Part shown: piece by piece, positions 18,801 to 26,801 of the stretch
Layout of the letters: each line of letters opens with the position of its first letter
Position numbering within the stretch: position 1 is the stretch's first letter
Source: Propionibacterium freudenreichii subsp. freudenreichii
Lineage (GTDB): Bacteria > Actinomycetota > Actinomycetes > Propionibacteriales > Propionibacteriaceae
Reading direction: 5' to 3'
DNA length: 32,000 nt
Assembly (NCBI RefSeq): GCF_000940845.1
Contig: NZ_CP010341.1
Span: 450,001 to 482,000, forward strand
Translations under genes and position numbers: made by a program
Notes under the pieces: generated by a model
Told to the model about the DNA's origin: nothing
The model's input: the letters and a program-made list of their open reading frames with translations, nothing else
The model's database searches: none

Positions 18801-19478
18801 GTGACCTCTCGCATTGGGGTGGTGACCTTTCCCGGCACGCTCGACGACCATGACGCGCTGCGCGCCGTGGAGCAGTGTGGCGGCGAGGCGGTGAGCCTGT
18901 GGCACGCCTCTGATTCGCTCAACAACGTTGACGCCGTGATCCTGCCCGGCGGATTCAGCTACGGCGACTATCTGCGGTGCGGCGCAATTGCCCGTTTCGC
19001 GCCCGTGATGGATTCGGTGATCGATGCCGCCAACAAGGGCATGCCGGTGCTGGGCATCTGCAACGGCTTCCAGATCCTGTGTGAATCGCATCTGTTGCCC
19101 GGGGCGCTGATGCGCAACGAGAAGATGAAGTTCATCTGCCGTGAGCAGCGGCTGCGCGTCGAGGTCACTGACACCACGTGGACCTGCGCCTTCGCGCCGT
19201 TCGAGGAGATCTCGATCGTGCTCAAGAACGGCGAGGGGAACTACATCGCCGACGACGAGACGCTGCGGATGCTGCGCGACAACAACCAGGTGGTCTTCCG
19301 CTACCTGGACAATCCCAATGGGTCCAGCGACGACATCGCCGGCATCACCAACGACCGCGGCAATGTGGTCGGGCTCATGCCGCACCCCGAGCACAACATC
19401 GACGAGCTGACCGCCGGATCCACCGACGGTCGTGGCTTCTTCGAGTCGGTGCTCAAGTTCCTCAGCGCACGCGTCTGA
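18801..19478 (+). CDS. purQ: FGAM synthase glutaminase subunit PurQ
   Basis: Class I GATase blocks are present: [19 protein letters not shown] and MPHPEH. The GTG start is 1 nt after the purS stop. Confidence 0.9.
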   Translation: MTSRIGVVTFPGTLDDHDALRAVEQCGGEAVSLWHASDSLNNVDAVILPGGFSYGDYLRCGAIARFAPVMDSVIDAANKGMPVLGICNGFQILCESHLLPGALMRNEKMKFICREQRLRVEVTDTTWTCAFAPFEEISIVLKNGEGNYIADDETLRMLRDNNQVVFRYLDNPNGSSDDIAGITNDRGNVVGLMPHPEHNIDELTAGSTDGRGFFESVLKFLSARV

Positions 19479-19556
19479 CGCGCGTCCGGGCCCCGCAAGC
19501 CGCCGCACGGGCAACCTGCGGGGCACCGGAATCCTGCATTCGGGCCTCAACGTGGA

Positions 19557-20255
19557 TCAATCGTTGAGATGGGCGAGTGCGTAGTCGGCCTCGGCCTGGG
19601 TGAACTTGCCGCCGTAGCTCGAGGTGAGCTGGTCGTGGATCGCGGCCGGTGACATGTTCAGCGTCGACTGGTAGCTCTTGGCGGCCGCCAGCGCGTTCGC
19701 GTTCCAGTCGGCCTTCACGTTGTCGATGGCGTACTGGGCGGCCGGGGCACTGAACTGCTCGCCGTATTCCGACACCAGCTGGTCGTAGACCCCCTGCTTC
19801 GACATGTGCATCATCGACCCGGCGTACGAAGCGGCCTTCTTGGCAGCCGATTGGTACTCAGGGGGCACGGCCGGCTGTGCAGCAGTGGTCGGCGCCGCCG
19901 CCTGGGTGGTCTTCGGCGCCGAGGTGGTCGCAGGGCGGCTGGTGGCCGTGGTCGCAGGCTGCGTCGTCGACGATGACGTCGAGGACGACGAAGACGAATC
20001 CGAGCCCTTGGTGAGGCCCTGGCATCCCGCGATCACCGCGATGAGCACGACAACGGCGATCACGATGTTGCGCACGGTGTGCTTCTTCTTGCCTTGGCCT
20101 TCCGGCGACTGCGGCGGCTGCCCGCCAGCGGGCGGCTGCGGGGGCACGGGTGGTTGGCCGCCCGGCGGGGGCGGCTGCGTGCCCGACGGGGGCTGGAAGT
20201 CCGGCTGGCCCTGCGGCTGGTTCGGGTAGGGCGCATCTGGTGGGTTGATGCTCAT
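19557..20255 (-). CDS. Membrane-anchored protein with two Ltp-type (host cell surface-exposed lipoprotein) repeats
   Basis: The context is GAAGGAG-5 nt-ATG. The order is a P/Q/G-rich N-terminal segment, one TM ending in IAGC, a Ser/Thr/Ala linker, then two Ltp-like repeats (SMMHMSKQGVYDQLVSEYGEQFSAPAAQYAIDNV and LNMSPAAIHDQLTSSYGGKFTQAEADYALAHL). Confidence 0.7.
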   Translation of the reverse strand: MSINPPDAPYPNQPQGQPDFQPPSGTQPPPPGGQPPVPPQPPAGGQPPQSPEGQGKKKHTVRNIVIAVVVLIAVIAGCQGLTKGSDSSSSSSTSSSTTQPATTATSRPATTSAPKTTQAAAPTTAAQPAVPPEYQSAAKKAASYAGSMMHMSKQGVYDQLVSEYGEQFSAPAAQYAIDNVKADWNANALAAAKSYQSTLNMSPAAIHDQLTSSYGGKFTQAEADYALAHLND

Positions 20256-20433
20256 GGGAGCTCCTTCGCTCGCGGCGATTTGCCGATAGCCAAGAAGCTA
20301 GTGAGCACCTCTGACAGTTTTCGGACGCCGGGGGCCGCCACGCGCCGCCACGGGGCCGGGGACGGCCCTTCAGAGCAGACTCACTGCGCTGAAGGACCGA
20401 TGGCTCCAGATCATGTCAAGGGCATCCAGTCGG

Positions 20434-21531
20434 CTACACGTACCGTCGCGCTGCTTCCCGAATCTCGTCCGCGTAATTGTAGATGTCTTGGATCTGCTCG
20501 ATGGGCAGACGAGTTTCGGTCTTGTCTTCGTCGAGCAGCCCGATCGACTTTGCTTTGTGGTCAAGATGCAGGCGGCAGATGGGCTTGCGGTTGTTGTCGT
20601 CGACCAGAATGCCAAAGTAGGACTTTGCGTCGCGATAGAAGATGCGGTCCCAGTTGATTTCGGATGCTGCGACGGCGCGGACGATCTGGAATCCTTCGAG
20701 TTCCTCTTCTGTGGTGATGACGCCGGGCTTTTCTTGGTTTGTTGTTTCGCTTTGGGGGGCAGTCTCCTCCGGGCTCGCATCGGTTGACGAGGCGACCACT
20801 CCTACCGCGGGAGCTTGATCTTGCAGGGCAGACTTGAGTCGTGCATTTACGCGGTCATTGAGGAACTGTTTCGTTGCTTTGCCGACTAGCGGGTGGAAGA
20901 AATCGCGGACCCTGGCTGTGATTGATCCCTCGTACACATGCGCAACAATCAGGCGCAGGAAGTCGTCATCAGGCTCTTCGAACAGGGCGGCTAGGGTCTT
21001 CTTGATGCTTGAAACGTATTTTAGCTCTTCCGCGGCCGTGAGGACTGAATCAAGATCAAAGCTCTCCCTGGTGAGCTTCTTCAGCTCTGGGAGAATGTAG
21101 GGATCAATGTTGGTGAGGTCAAGCAGCAAGAATGGCTTCTCGTCCATCTTGTTCGGCTCATCCAGATCGGTGAAGAACTCCCACGTCTTTCCATTCGTGA
21201 GAACTCCGATTCGTGCGCTTGATACGTGAAAATATCGGAACAGTTGTGATGCATTGTTGAGACTGAGGGGCTCATCGATTCTCTTGCATTCGATCAGCAC
21301 CTGCACCTCACCGTTGCGGCGGATGGCGTAGTCAATTTTCTCGCCCTTTTTCGTCCCTACGTCGGTCGTGAATTCCGGCGTTACTTGGGTTGGATCGAAT
21401 ACGTCGTAGCCGAGCACTTTGGACATGAATGGCATGATGATCGCGTTCTTGGTGGCTTCCTCAGTGTCCAAGGTGTTTCCGTAGTCGCCAATCCGACTTG
21501 CGATGTCTTCAAGTGCGTCTTCGAAATCCAT
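20434..21531 (-). CDS. HsdR N-terminal-domain (PD-(D/E)xK, Mrr-like) protein, stand-alone, uncharacterised C-terminal half
   Basis: The context is AAGGAG-9 nt-ATG. HSDR_N-type blocks are TEEATKNAIIMPFMSKVLGYD, KIDYAI, VLIECKR, QLFRY and VLTNGKTWEFF. There is no helicase module. G+C and codon usage are visibly lower than in neighbouring genes. Confidence 0.75.
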   Translation of the reverse strand: MDFEDALEDIASRIGDYGNTLDTEEATKNAIIMPFMSKVLGYDVFDPTQVTPEFTTDVGTKKGEKIDYAIRRNGEVQVLIECKRIDEPLSLNNASQLFRYFHVSSARIGVLTNGKTWEFFTDLDEPNKMDEKPFLLLDLTNIDPYILPELKKLTRESFDLDSVLTAAEELKYVSSIKKTLAALFEEPDDDFLRLIVAHVYEGSITARVRDFFHPLVGKATKQFLNDRVNARLKSALQDQAPAVGVVASSTDASPEETAPQSETTNQEKPGVITTEEELEGFQIVRAVAASEINWDRIFYRDAKSYFGILVDDNNRKPICRLHLDHKAKSIGLLDEDKTETRLPIEQIQDIYNYADEIREAARRYV

Positions 21532-21995
21532 TATGACCGACTCCTTGGTCGTGGTGCGATCGGCGTTGGCTTACCCCGGTCGGGGTGGCACGCAGCAATT
21601 TATCAAATGGAGCGACGGTGTGCAGGCAGTGTGGCAGATTCATCTCGGTCTGCGAGTTTCCAGTCACGTCGATGATCGCGGAGAGTGCGGGGCGACGGTC
21701 GGATGTGAAGGCACCAGTGTCAGCGGCCCTCATATCAATGGGAGAGTTTGGGGTCGATCTCTCTCAGCGCGGACGGCTACGAGGTGGCGGGCGGACTGGC
21801 GCATCTCTGCGGAGCAGCCAACGGGAGCTTCGTGCCGGGCGCAACGCCTGAGGGACGAGCCTCATTGCCGCGGGGACACGAGCACCGGTATCGTCGCACG
21901 AGGCCCTGCCAACGGACGTCCGCGCCACCCCACGAGGTGACCGCCTGCTCGCCGGTGGACCACATCGTCAAGTGTGGAAAAGAAGTGCATGAAGC

Positions 21996-23279
21996 GTGAC
22001 AAACGCGCAGCAGAATACGAATAGTTCGCCCGGCCTGCTCGAAAGGCAGGGCATCCAGGGATCCCTCAAGTGGGGTTTCCTGGCCGTGATGATCTTCATG
22101 GCCGGTAACTCCCTCGAATTGGGATTCATCTCCCCGTTCCTGCAGGACAGGGGACTGTCGGCCAGCCAGGTGAGCGTGATGCTCACCGTCTACGGCGCCG
22201 TGGTGGCCGTCGCATCATGGTTGTCCGGGGCGCTGGCCGATTCATGGCGTCCGCGACGCGTGATGCTCACCGGCTTCGTCCTGTGGCTGATCTTCGAGGT
22301 CATCTTCCTTGCCGGCGGCGTGGCCACCGGCAGCTACCTGGTGATGATCATTTCGTACGCATTGCGTGGCGTGGGATATCCGCTGTTCGCCTATGGATTC
22401 CTCGTGTGGATCACCATGGCGACCCCCGAGGAGCGCCTGGGCCGTGCCACGGGTTGGTTCTGGTTCTCGGTCGCCCTGGGGCAGGGCGTCATCGCCGGAT
22501 ATGTTCCCTCGCTGCTCATCCCGGTGATCGGTGAGGTCACCACCCTGTGGCTGTCGGTGGCCTTCGTCGTCGTCGGCGGCGTGATGGCCCTGCTGCTGCT
22601 CAAGCCCGAGAACACCGAGGGCCACGAACAGCGTCCCAGCGCCGCGGAGACCATCGCTGGGCTCGCCCGCAGTGCCACCATCGTGGTGCATCGTCCGAAG
22701 ATCGCCATCGGCGGCGTGGTGAGGATCATCAACCAGATCGCCTATTTCGCCTTCCCGGCATTCTTCTCGTACTACATGATCAAGAGCGTTGGGTTCACCA
22801 CCTCGAATTGGCAGATCGTGTGGGCGGCGTTGAACCTCGCCAATGTGTTCGCGTCGCTGGTGATGGGCTATGTGGGCGACAAGATCGGCCGTATCAGGAC
22901 GACCGCATGGATCGGCGGCCTGGGCTGCGCGATCACCGTGTTCGCCATGTACTACGGCTCGGTGCTGTTCGGCACCAATATGCTCGCGGCCATCGTCCCG
23001 GCCATGCTGTTCGGCATCACCCTGGGCGCCTATGTGCCGCTGTCGGCCATCGTGCCCACGCTTGCCCCCGATCAGAAGGGCTCCGCCGTGGCCATCCTGA
23101 ACCTCGGCGCCGGCCTGTCGAACTTCGCCGGCCCGCTCGTGGTCACCCTGTTCCTGGGCAGCGTTGGCGTCGCCGGCGTGGTCTGGATCCTCGTGGGGCT
23201 CTACGTCGTGTCGTTCGTGCTCACCTTCTTCCTGCGTCCCAGCAAGAAGCAGGCGCAGGCTGAAGGCGCTGCCGCATAG
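21996..23279 (+). CDS. MFS transporter
   Basis: About 12 hydrophobic helices in two halves, with a typical MFS loop after TM2 (LADSWRPRRVMLTG). The GTG start is uncertain. Confidence 0.8.
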   Translation: MTNAQQNTNSSPGLLERQGIQGSLKWGFLAVMIFMAGNSLELGFISPFLQDRGLSASQVSVMLTVYGAVVAVASWLSGALADSWRPRRVMLTGFVLWLIFEVIFLAGGVATGSYLVMIISYALRGVGYPLFAYGFLVWITMATPEERLGRATGWFWFSVALGQGVIAGYVPSLLIPVIGEVTTLWLSVAFVVVGGVMALLLLKPENTEGHEQRPSAAETIAGLARSATIVVHRPKIAIGGVVRIINQIAYFAFPAFFSYYMIKSVGFTTSNWQIVWAALNLANVFASLVMGYVGDKIGRIRTTAWIGGLGCAITVFAMYYGSVLFGTNMLAAIVPAMLFGITLGAYVPLSAIVPTLAPDQKGSAVAILNLGAGLSNFAGPLVVTLFLGSVGVAGVVWILVGLYVVSFVLTFFLRPSKKQAQAEGAAA

Positions 23280-23305
23280 TCGCGCAGTTGCTTCACGATT
23301 TCCCG

Positions 23306-23350
23306 GACGATGGGGGCCGCTCCGATGAGGGGGCGGCTCCCATCGTCTTT
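23306..23350 (+). terminator. Putative intrinsic terminator between convergent genes
   Basis: A 15-bp stem with one mismatch (gacgatgggggccgc at 23306..23320 against gcggctcccatcgtc at 23333..23347) is followed by TTT, 27 nt after the MFS stop. Confidence 0.5.
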
Positions 23351-23364
23351 CGTCGGGCGGTGGA

Positions 23365-24300
23365 TCAGGAGATGACCAGGACCCTGGTGATCGTGTAGGT
23401 GGCGGACTTCATTGCGTCCATCTTGTCGGTGTCGATGTACTTGAAGGCAATCTTGTCGGTCGCCCGCCCGGCATCCAGGTCGGGGATATAGATCGAGTCG
23501 GCGTTGACCTCCATGCCGTTCGCGTTGACGGCGGAGATCGAGATGTTGTAGCTCTGGCGCTGCTGGCTGATATTCGTCACCGTCACGGGAACGGACGACC
23601 AGTCGGATTCGGTGCCGGGGGTGAAGTTGCCGAACGAGACGCGGACGTCATCCCTCAGTGCCCGCTGGGTCTCGGCGTCGGCGGAGGGTGCGGGCTGGCC
23701 TGCGTTTGCCGAGGCCAGGATGCTGTTGGCGGCGCTGGCTGCGGCGTTCTTGAGCGGGCCGTAGACGGCGACCGTCATGACCACGGAGAGGACGAGCGCG
23801 ACGACGCCGAAGGCCATGGAGATGATCGCCGTGGCGCCGTGCTTCTTCACCAGGCCGACGATGCCGAGCACGATGGCGGCGAGGCCCAGTGCCATGGCCA
23901 TCGGAGGTCCGGCGTTGGGCACCAGGGCGGCGACCACCGCGATGATGCCGAGCACCAGGCCGACCATTGACAGGTTGCCCTTGCGGGGTGGCGTCTGTTG
24001 CCGGGGCTGCTGGTCGGCAGACTGCTGGAACTGGTCCTGCTCGTAGGAGGCTTCCCGGTACTGGGCGTCTTGGTAGGGCGTCCCCTGGTATTGGGCCTCT
24101 GAATAGTCGGACTGCGGCGGTGTTCCCTGGTATCCGCTCGGCGGCGTGGTCTCGTCCGGGGCCTGTGGTGGCGCTGCCTCGTCGGGGCCCTGCTCGAAGG
24201 GCTGGCGGTACCGGGTCTGGGAGAAGGGCTGGACGTACTTGCCCTGCCGTCCGCCGGGTTGCGACCAGGGCGGCGGGGTCGCCTTGTCTCTCTTGCTCAT
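23365..24300 (-). CDS. Membrane protein: P/Q/Y-rich tail, DUF4190-like TM region, DUF4352-like C-terminal ectodomain
   Basis: The context is GAGGAG-8 nt-ATG at 24300 (MSKRDKATPPPW). TM helices are GLVLGIIAVVAALV, LGLAAIVLGIVGLV and AFGVVALVLSVVMTVAV. The beta-rich C-terminus reads VPVTVTNISQQRQSYNISISAVNANG. The track ORF (to 24456) was trimmed. Confidence 0.65.
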   Translation of the reverse strand: MSKRDKATPPPWSQPGGRQGKYVQPFSQTRYRQPFEQGPDEAAPPQAPDETTPPSGYQGTPPQSDYSEAQYQGTPYQDAQYREASYEQDQFQQSADQQPRQQTPPRKGNLSMVGLVLGIIAVVAALVPNAGPPMAMALGLAAIVLGIVGLVKKHGATAIISMAFGVVALVLSVVMTVAVYGPLKNAAASAANSILASANAGQPAPSADAETQRALRDDVRVSFGNFTPGTESDWSSVPVTVTNISQQRQSYNISISAVNANGMEVNADSIYIPDLDAGRATDKIAFKYIDTDKMDAMKSATYTITRVLVIS

Positions 24301-24727
24301 GGGGGGAGCTCCTCGGGTGGGCGCCGCGGCCGGGACGCATGCCGCGCTGCGAAATATAGTGGCCGGCCCCCGGATCGGGAAGGAGCCACCGGCAATCGTG
24401 ACTGAACCGGGCACGGGCCCGATATGTGCATGGCTGCGTGTCCGCCGGGGATCCATGGGCGTGGGCGGGGCGGTGCACCGGCTGCAGGTTGCCAGCCGAG
24501 GGGCTCATTTCGCTGGCTGGTTCGTCCTCGGGGGTGTCGGCGTCCGGTCGTGGGCTGTGATCGGTCCGGGTTGCCGTGGTGACAGCCGACCCACGACGGG
24601 TGATCAGGGGTTCTGGTCTGGGCAACGGATGGGGATTTCCGGTTTGGGTGCGGCGATCCTTCGCGGCGTTGCGCACCGCGACGCCCCATCGGGCGGAGAA
24701 TGGCGGGGCGAGAAGGAGATGGGCGAT

Positions 24728-25537
24728 ATGTCCGATCAACAGTTTCCGGCAGGCCCGAACGGGACGAATCCGCAGGGGCCGGGAGACGTCGGCCCCCAGG
24801 GTGATCCCGGCGGCACGGTCAAGATGCCCCCGGTGTCCGACCCCGGTGGCGGAGCCGGAGGTGGCCATTCGCCCAGCGTTGTGCCAACGATTGTCATCTC
24901 GCTGCTGTTCGGCGTTTTCGGTGCCATTCCCGCCGCCATTGCTGCGGCGCATGTTCGCCAGCCGGGGCGCCGCAAGTCTGTCTACTGGTGGAGCTTCGCG
25001 CTGTCGTGGCTGGTGCAGTTGGTGGTGGGCGTGTTGATCGCCGTGCTGGTCTTCGGGGCGTCGCCCGCGAAGGTCGCCGCGGGGCTCGCCGGAAGCTCCA
25101 GCCCGTCGGCGAGCAGCGCGTCACCGAGTGGGGCGGCGTCGGCGAGTTCGGCCGCAGCGAGCGTGCCCGGGCAGACGACGGCTCCGGTCACGACGGTGCC
25201 CGCCCAGACCCCTGGTGCCGTGGCTCCGGGTGCGGCGGAGACGCCGGCTGCCACCGCCACGCAAGAAGGCAGGATGCAGGCGCAGTGGCGCGAGTCCGGG
25301 TTCACCATCTGTGGGCAGGACCTTGCGGTCAACGGCAACACCACCTGTGATTTCGGCACCGCGGTGCACGACGCCTACAGCCAGGCCGTCGGTGGCGCCT
25401 ACGGCAGCTACGGCAGCGCCAAGACCGTCGAGGCGAAGGACGCCGAGACCGGCGGTACCTCGACGATGTCATGCACCTCGGGCACCGGCGGCATCTTCTG
25501 CTCCGGCGACAATGGCGTGACGGTGGTGTTCGACTGA
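24728..25537 (+). CDS. Membrane protein: G/P-rich tail, 2 TM, Ser/Ala/Pro linker, 4-Cys C-terminal ectodomain
   Basis: The AAGGAG at 24713..24718 is 9 nt from ATG 24728 (MSDQQFPAGPNG). ATG 24719 directly abuts the SD. The C-terminus has the cysteines TIC..TTC..MSC..IFC. No family recognised. The track ORF from 24146 was trimmed. Confidence 0.6.
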   Translation: MSDQQFPAGPNGTNPQGPGDVGPQGDPGGTVKMPPVSDPGGGAGGGHSPSVVPTIVISLLFGVFGAIPAAIAAAHVRQPGRRKSVYWWSFALSWLVQLVVGVLIAVLVFGASPAKVAAGLAGSSSPSASSASPSGAASASSAAASVPGQTTAPVTTVPAQTPGAVAPGAAETPAATATQEGRMQAQWRESGFTICGQDLAVNGNTTCDFGTAVHDAYSQAVGGAYGSYGSAKTVEAKDAETGGTSTMSCTSGTGGIFCSGDNGVTVVFD

Positions 25538-25589
25538 CGAGGTGCTTGTGGACGGCGCATGAGCCTGCTTCCGGTGGTCCTTCCGCCGA

Positions 25590-25620
25590 CGCGAGAGAGA
25601 GACATGAAACCTCTCTCGCG
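25590..25620. repeat. Perfect 10-bp-stem hairpin; its left arm plus loop resemble the 3' end of tRNA-Leu (candidate distal att remnant or terminator)
   Basis: The arms are cgcgagagag (25590..25599) and ctctctcgcg (25611..25620). By hand alignment, 25590..25613 matches tRNA-gene positions 30546..30567 in the same orientation with 20 identities, 2 mismatches and two 1-nt gaps. Confidence 0.35.
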
Positions 25621-25712
25621 GCATGGTCACCTGGCGGGGAGAGTCCTTCATGGGCAGCGCGAAGCCGCATGTCCTGGGTGTGAGGGGACCCTGACGCCCG
25701 CAGCGGCAGGGC

Positions 25713-25932
25713 TCATGCGCCGTAGCGGAGTGTTCCGGTCTTCGCCTCGGGGATTTCGGGTGCGATGTGTCTCAGACGAGCTGGGAGACACGGCCTCTGG
25801 ATCCCGAGGATCGCGGCCGAATCGTTGACAGACAGCCCCTCGGCTCGAAGGCGTCGAGCGGCAGCGCACAGATGTGCGGCTGCGCGGGTTCGCGACGCTC
25901 GCAGTAAGAGGGGTCGCGAACGTCATTGACGG
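25713..25932 (-). pseudogene. Start-less fragment encoding an HTH-like segment (possible relic of a mobile-element regulator or recombinase)
   Basis: The minus-strand open frame has no ATG/GTG/TTG start. It reads ..AAARRLRAEGLSVNDSAAILGIQRPCLPARLRHIAPEIPEAKTGTLRYGA*. The pattern resembles the ..G.S...IA..LG.S..TV.R.L.. HTH of IS, resolvase or sigma region-4 type. It is not in the ORF track. Confidence 0.3.
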
Positions 25933-25981
25933 TAGGCTCCCAGTCACGTTGGACACCTCAGGGTTGAAAGAGGAGGGTGTC

Positions 25982-26212
25982 ATGCTTGATGTCAATGATC
26001 TGGATGAGGCCATTGCTCGCGAGGTTGAGCCGTATTTGACCGTGGAGAGTCGAGCGCTTATCCGGTCGGGTCGCGATGAGGGAGATCCTGATTTCGTCGT
26101 CTATATGACGCTACAGTTCGCGCTCCTGGATAGCGTGATCATCCCGATGGACATTCTCGACGCGATCGCGGTCGACCTGGCGGATGACGGGGGCGTTTGT
26201 GGACGCAGATGA
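25982..26212 (+). CDS. Hypothetical small acidic protein (76 aa)
   Basis: A strong SD (AGGAGG-5 nt-ATG) precedes 25982. The protein reads MLDVNDLDEAIAREVEPYLTVESRALIRSGRDEGDPDF... No family recognised. Confidence 0.5.
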   Translation: MLDVNDLDEAIAREVEPYLTVESRALIRSGRDEGDPDFVVYMTLQFALLDSVIIPMDILDAIAVDLADDGGVCGRR

Positions 26213-26252
26213 GGGCTCCGACTGGACCGTGTGGGTGGGACGTGCCGGTTCG

Positions 26253-26771
26253 TTAGTTCGGGAGGTTCCAGATCAGCACATCACCGTCCGAATTCGAATA
26301 GCGAAGCTGTTGCAGTGGTGCCGATGCGTCAAAAGCAAGCCAGCCCGTCACGCAGGTGCCGGGATCAACTGCAGGCTCGTCGCTGAAGCCTTGTGGGTAG
26401 GCGGGTTTCAACTCGGTTTGCCCAGAATTCTCGGACCGGTACCGTCCACCTTCCGCGTCGAACGCGGTCCATCGTTCGCTCGTCACCTGAATTGCCTGCG
26501 AAGTGTTGTTGCACAGATTTGCCTTGACGCCCTGGTAGTTGAAGGACCCTTTGATGCCGACTGACTTTCGGTCGTGGATGCTTATCGTGGTTCCGTGGGC
26601 TTCGGCTGGCTGACCAATGGCCAGCGCTGACTGGGTCGGCGAAGTAACCGCTGGTGTCGAAGAATTGCCACTTGAGCGTGCGGTAGTGGTGCTACCGCCG
26701 GTTGATCCGCACGCGGTGAGCAGCAGGGGCGCTGTAACGGCTACTGCCAGGAGTAGGTGGATGCGCTTCAT
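26253..26771 (-). CDS. Lipoprotein, DUF4352-like beta-sandwich domain (tentative)
   Basis: The context is GAAGGA-9 nt-ATG. The signal peptide MKRIHLLLAVAVTAPLLLTAC carries a lipobox and is followed by a Ser/Thr-rich linker and a beta-rich domain (GTTISIHDRKSV.., GWLAFDAS). Confidence 0.7.
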   Translation of the reverse strand: MKRIHLLLAVAVTAPLLLTACGSTGGSTTTARSSGNSSTPAVTSPTQSALAIGQPAEAHGTTISIHDRKSVGIKGSFNYQGVKANLCNNTSQAIQVTSERWTAFDAEGGRYRSENSGQTELKPAYPQGFSDEPAVDPGTCVTGWLAFDASAPLQQLRYSNSDGDVLIWNLPN

Positions 26772-26801
26772 GGTGGGGTTCCTTCAGGTTGGTGGGTTGC
26801 C

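Noticed and set aside
13586-19478. The purine cluster is interrupted by an antisense DUF2207-like gene, and purL is absent downstream of purQ.
   Set aside because: Scattered pur genes are common in actinobacteria, and purL is probably elsewhere in the genome. I do not treat this as an anomaly.
20406-21977. Imperfect direct repeats ccagatcatgtcaaggg (20406..20422) and cacatcgtcaagtgtgg (21961..21977) flanking the low-G+C islet.
   Set aside because: There are only ~13-15 identities and gaps are required, which is too weak to call insertion-site duplications without comparative data.
24301-24727. A possible riboswitch or leader RNA (e.g. cyclic-di-AMP/ydaO-like) in the 427-bp divergent spacer.
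   Set aside because: I could not match conserved riboswitch core motifs by eye. It needs an Infernal/Rfam scan before any claim.
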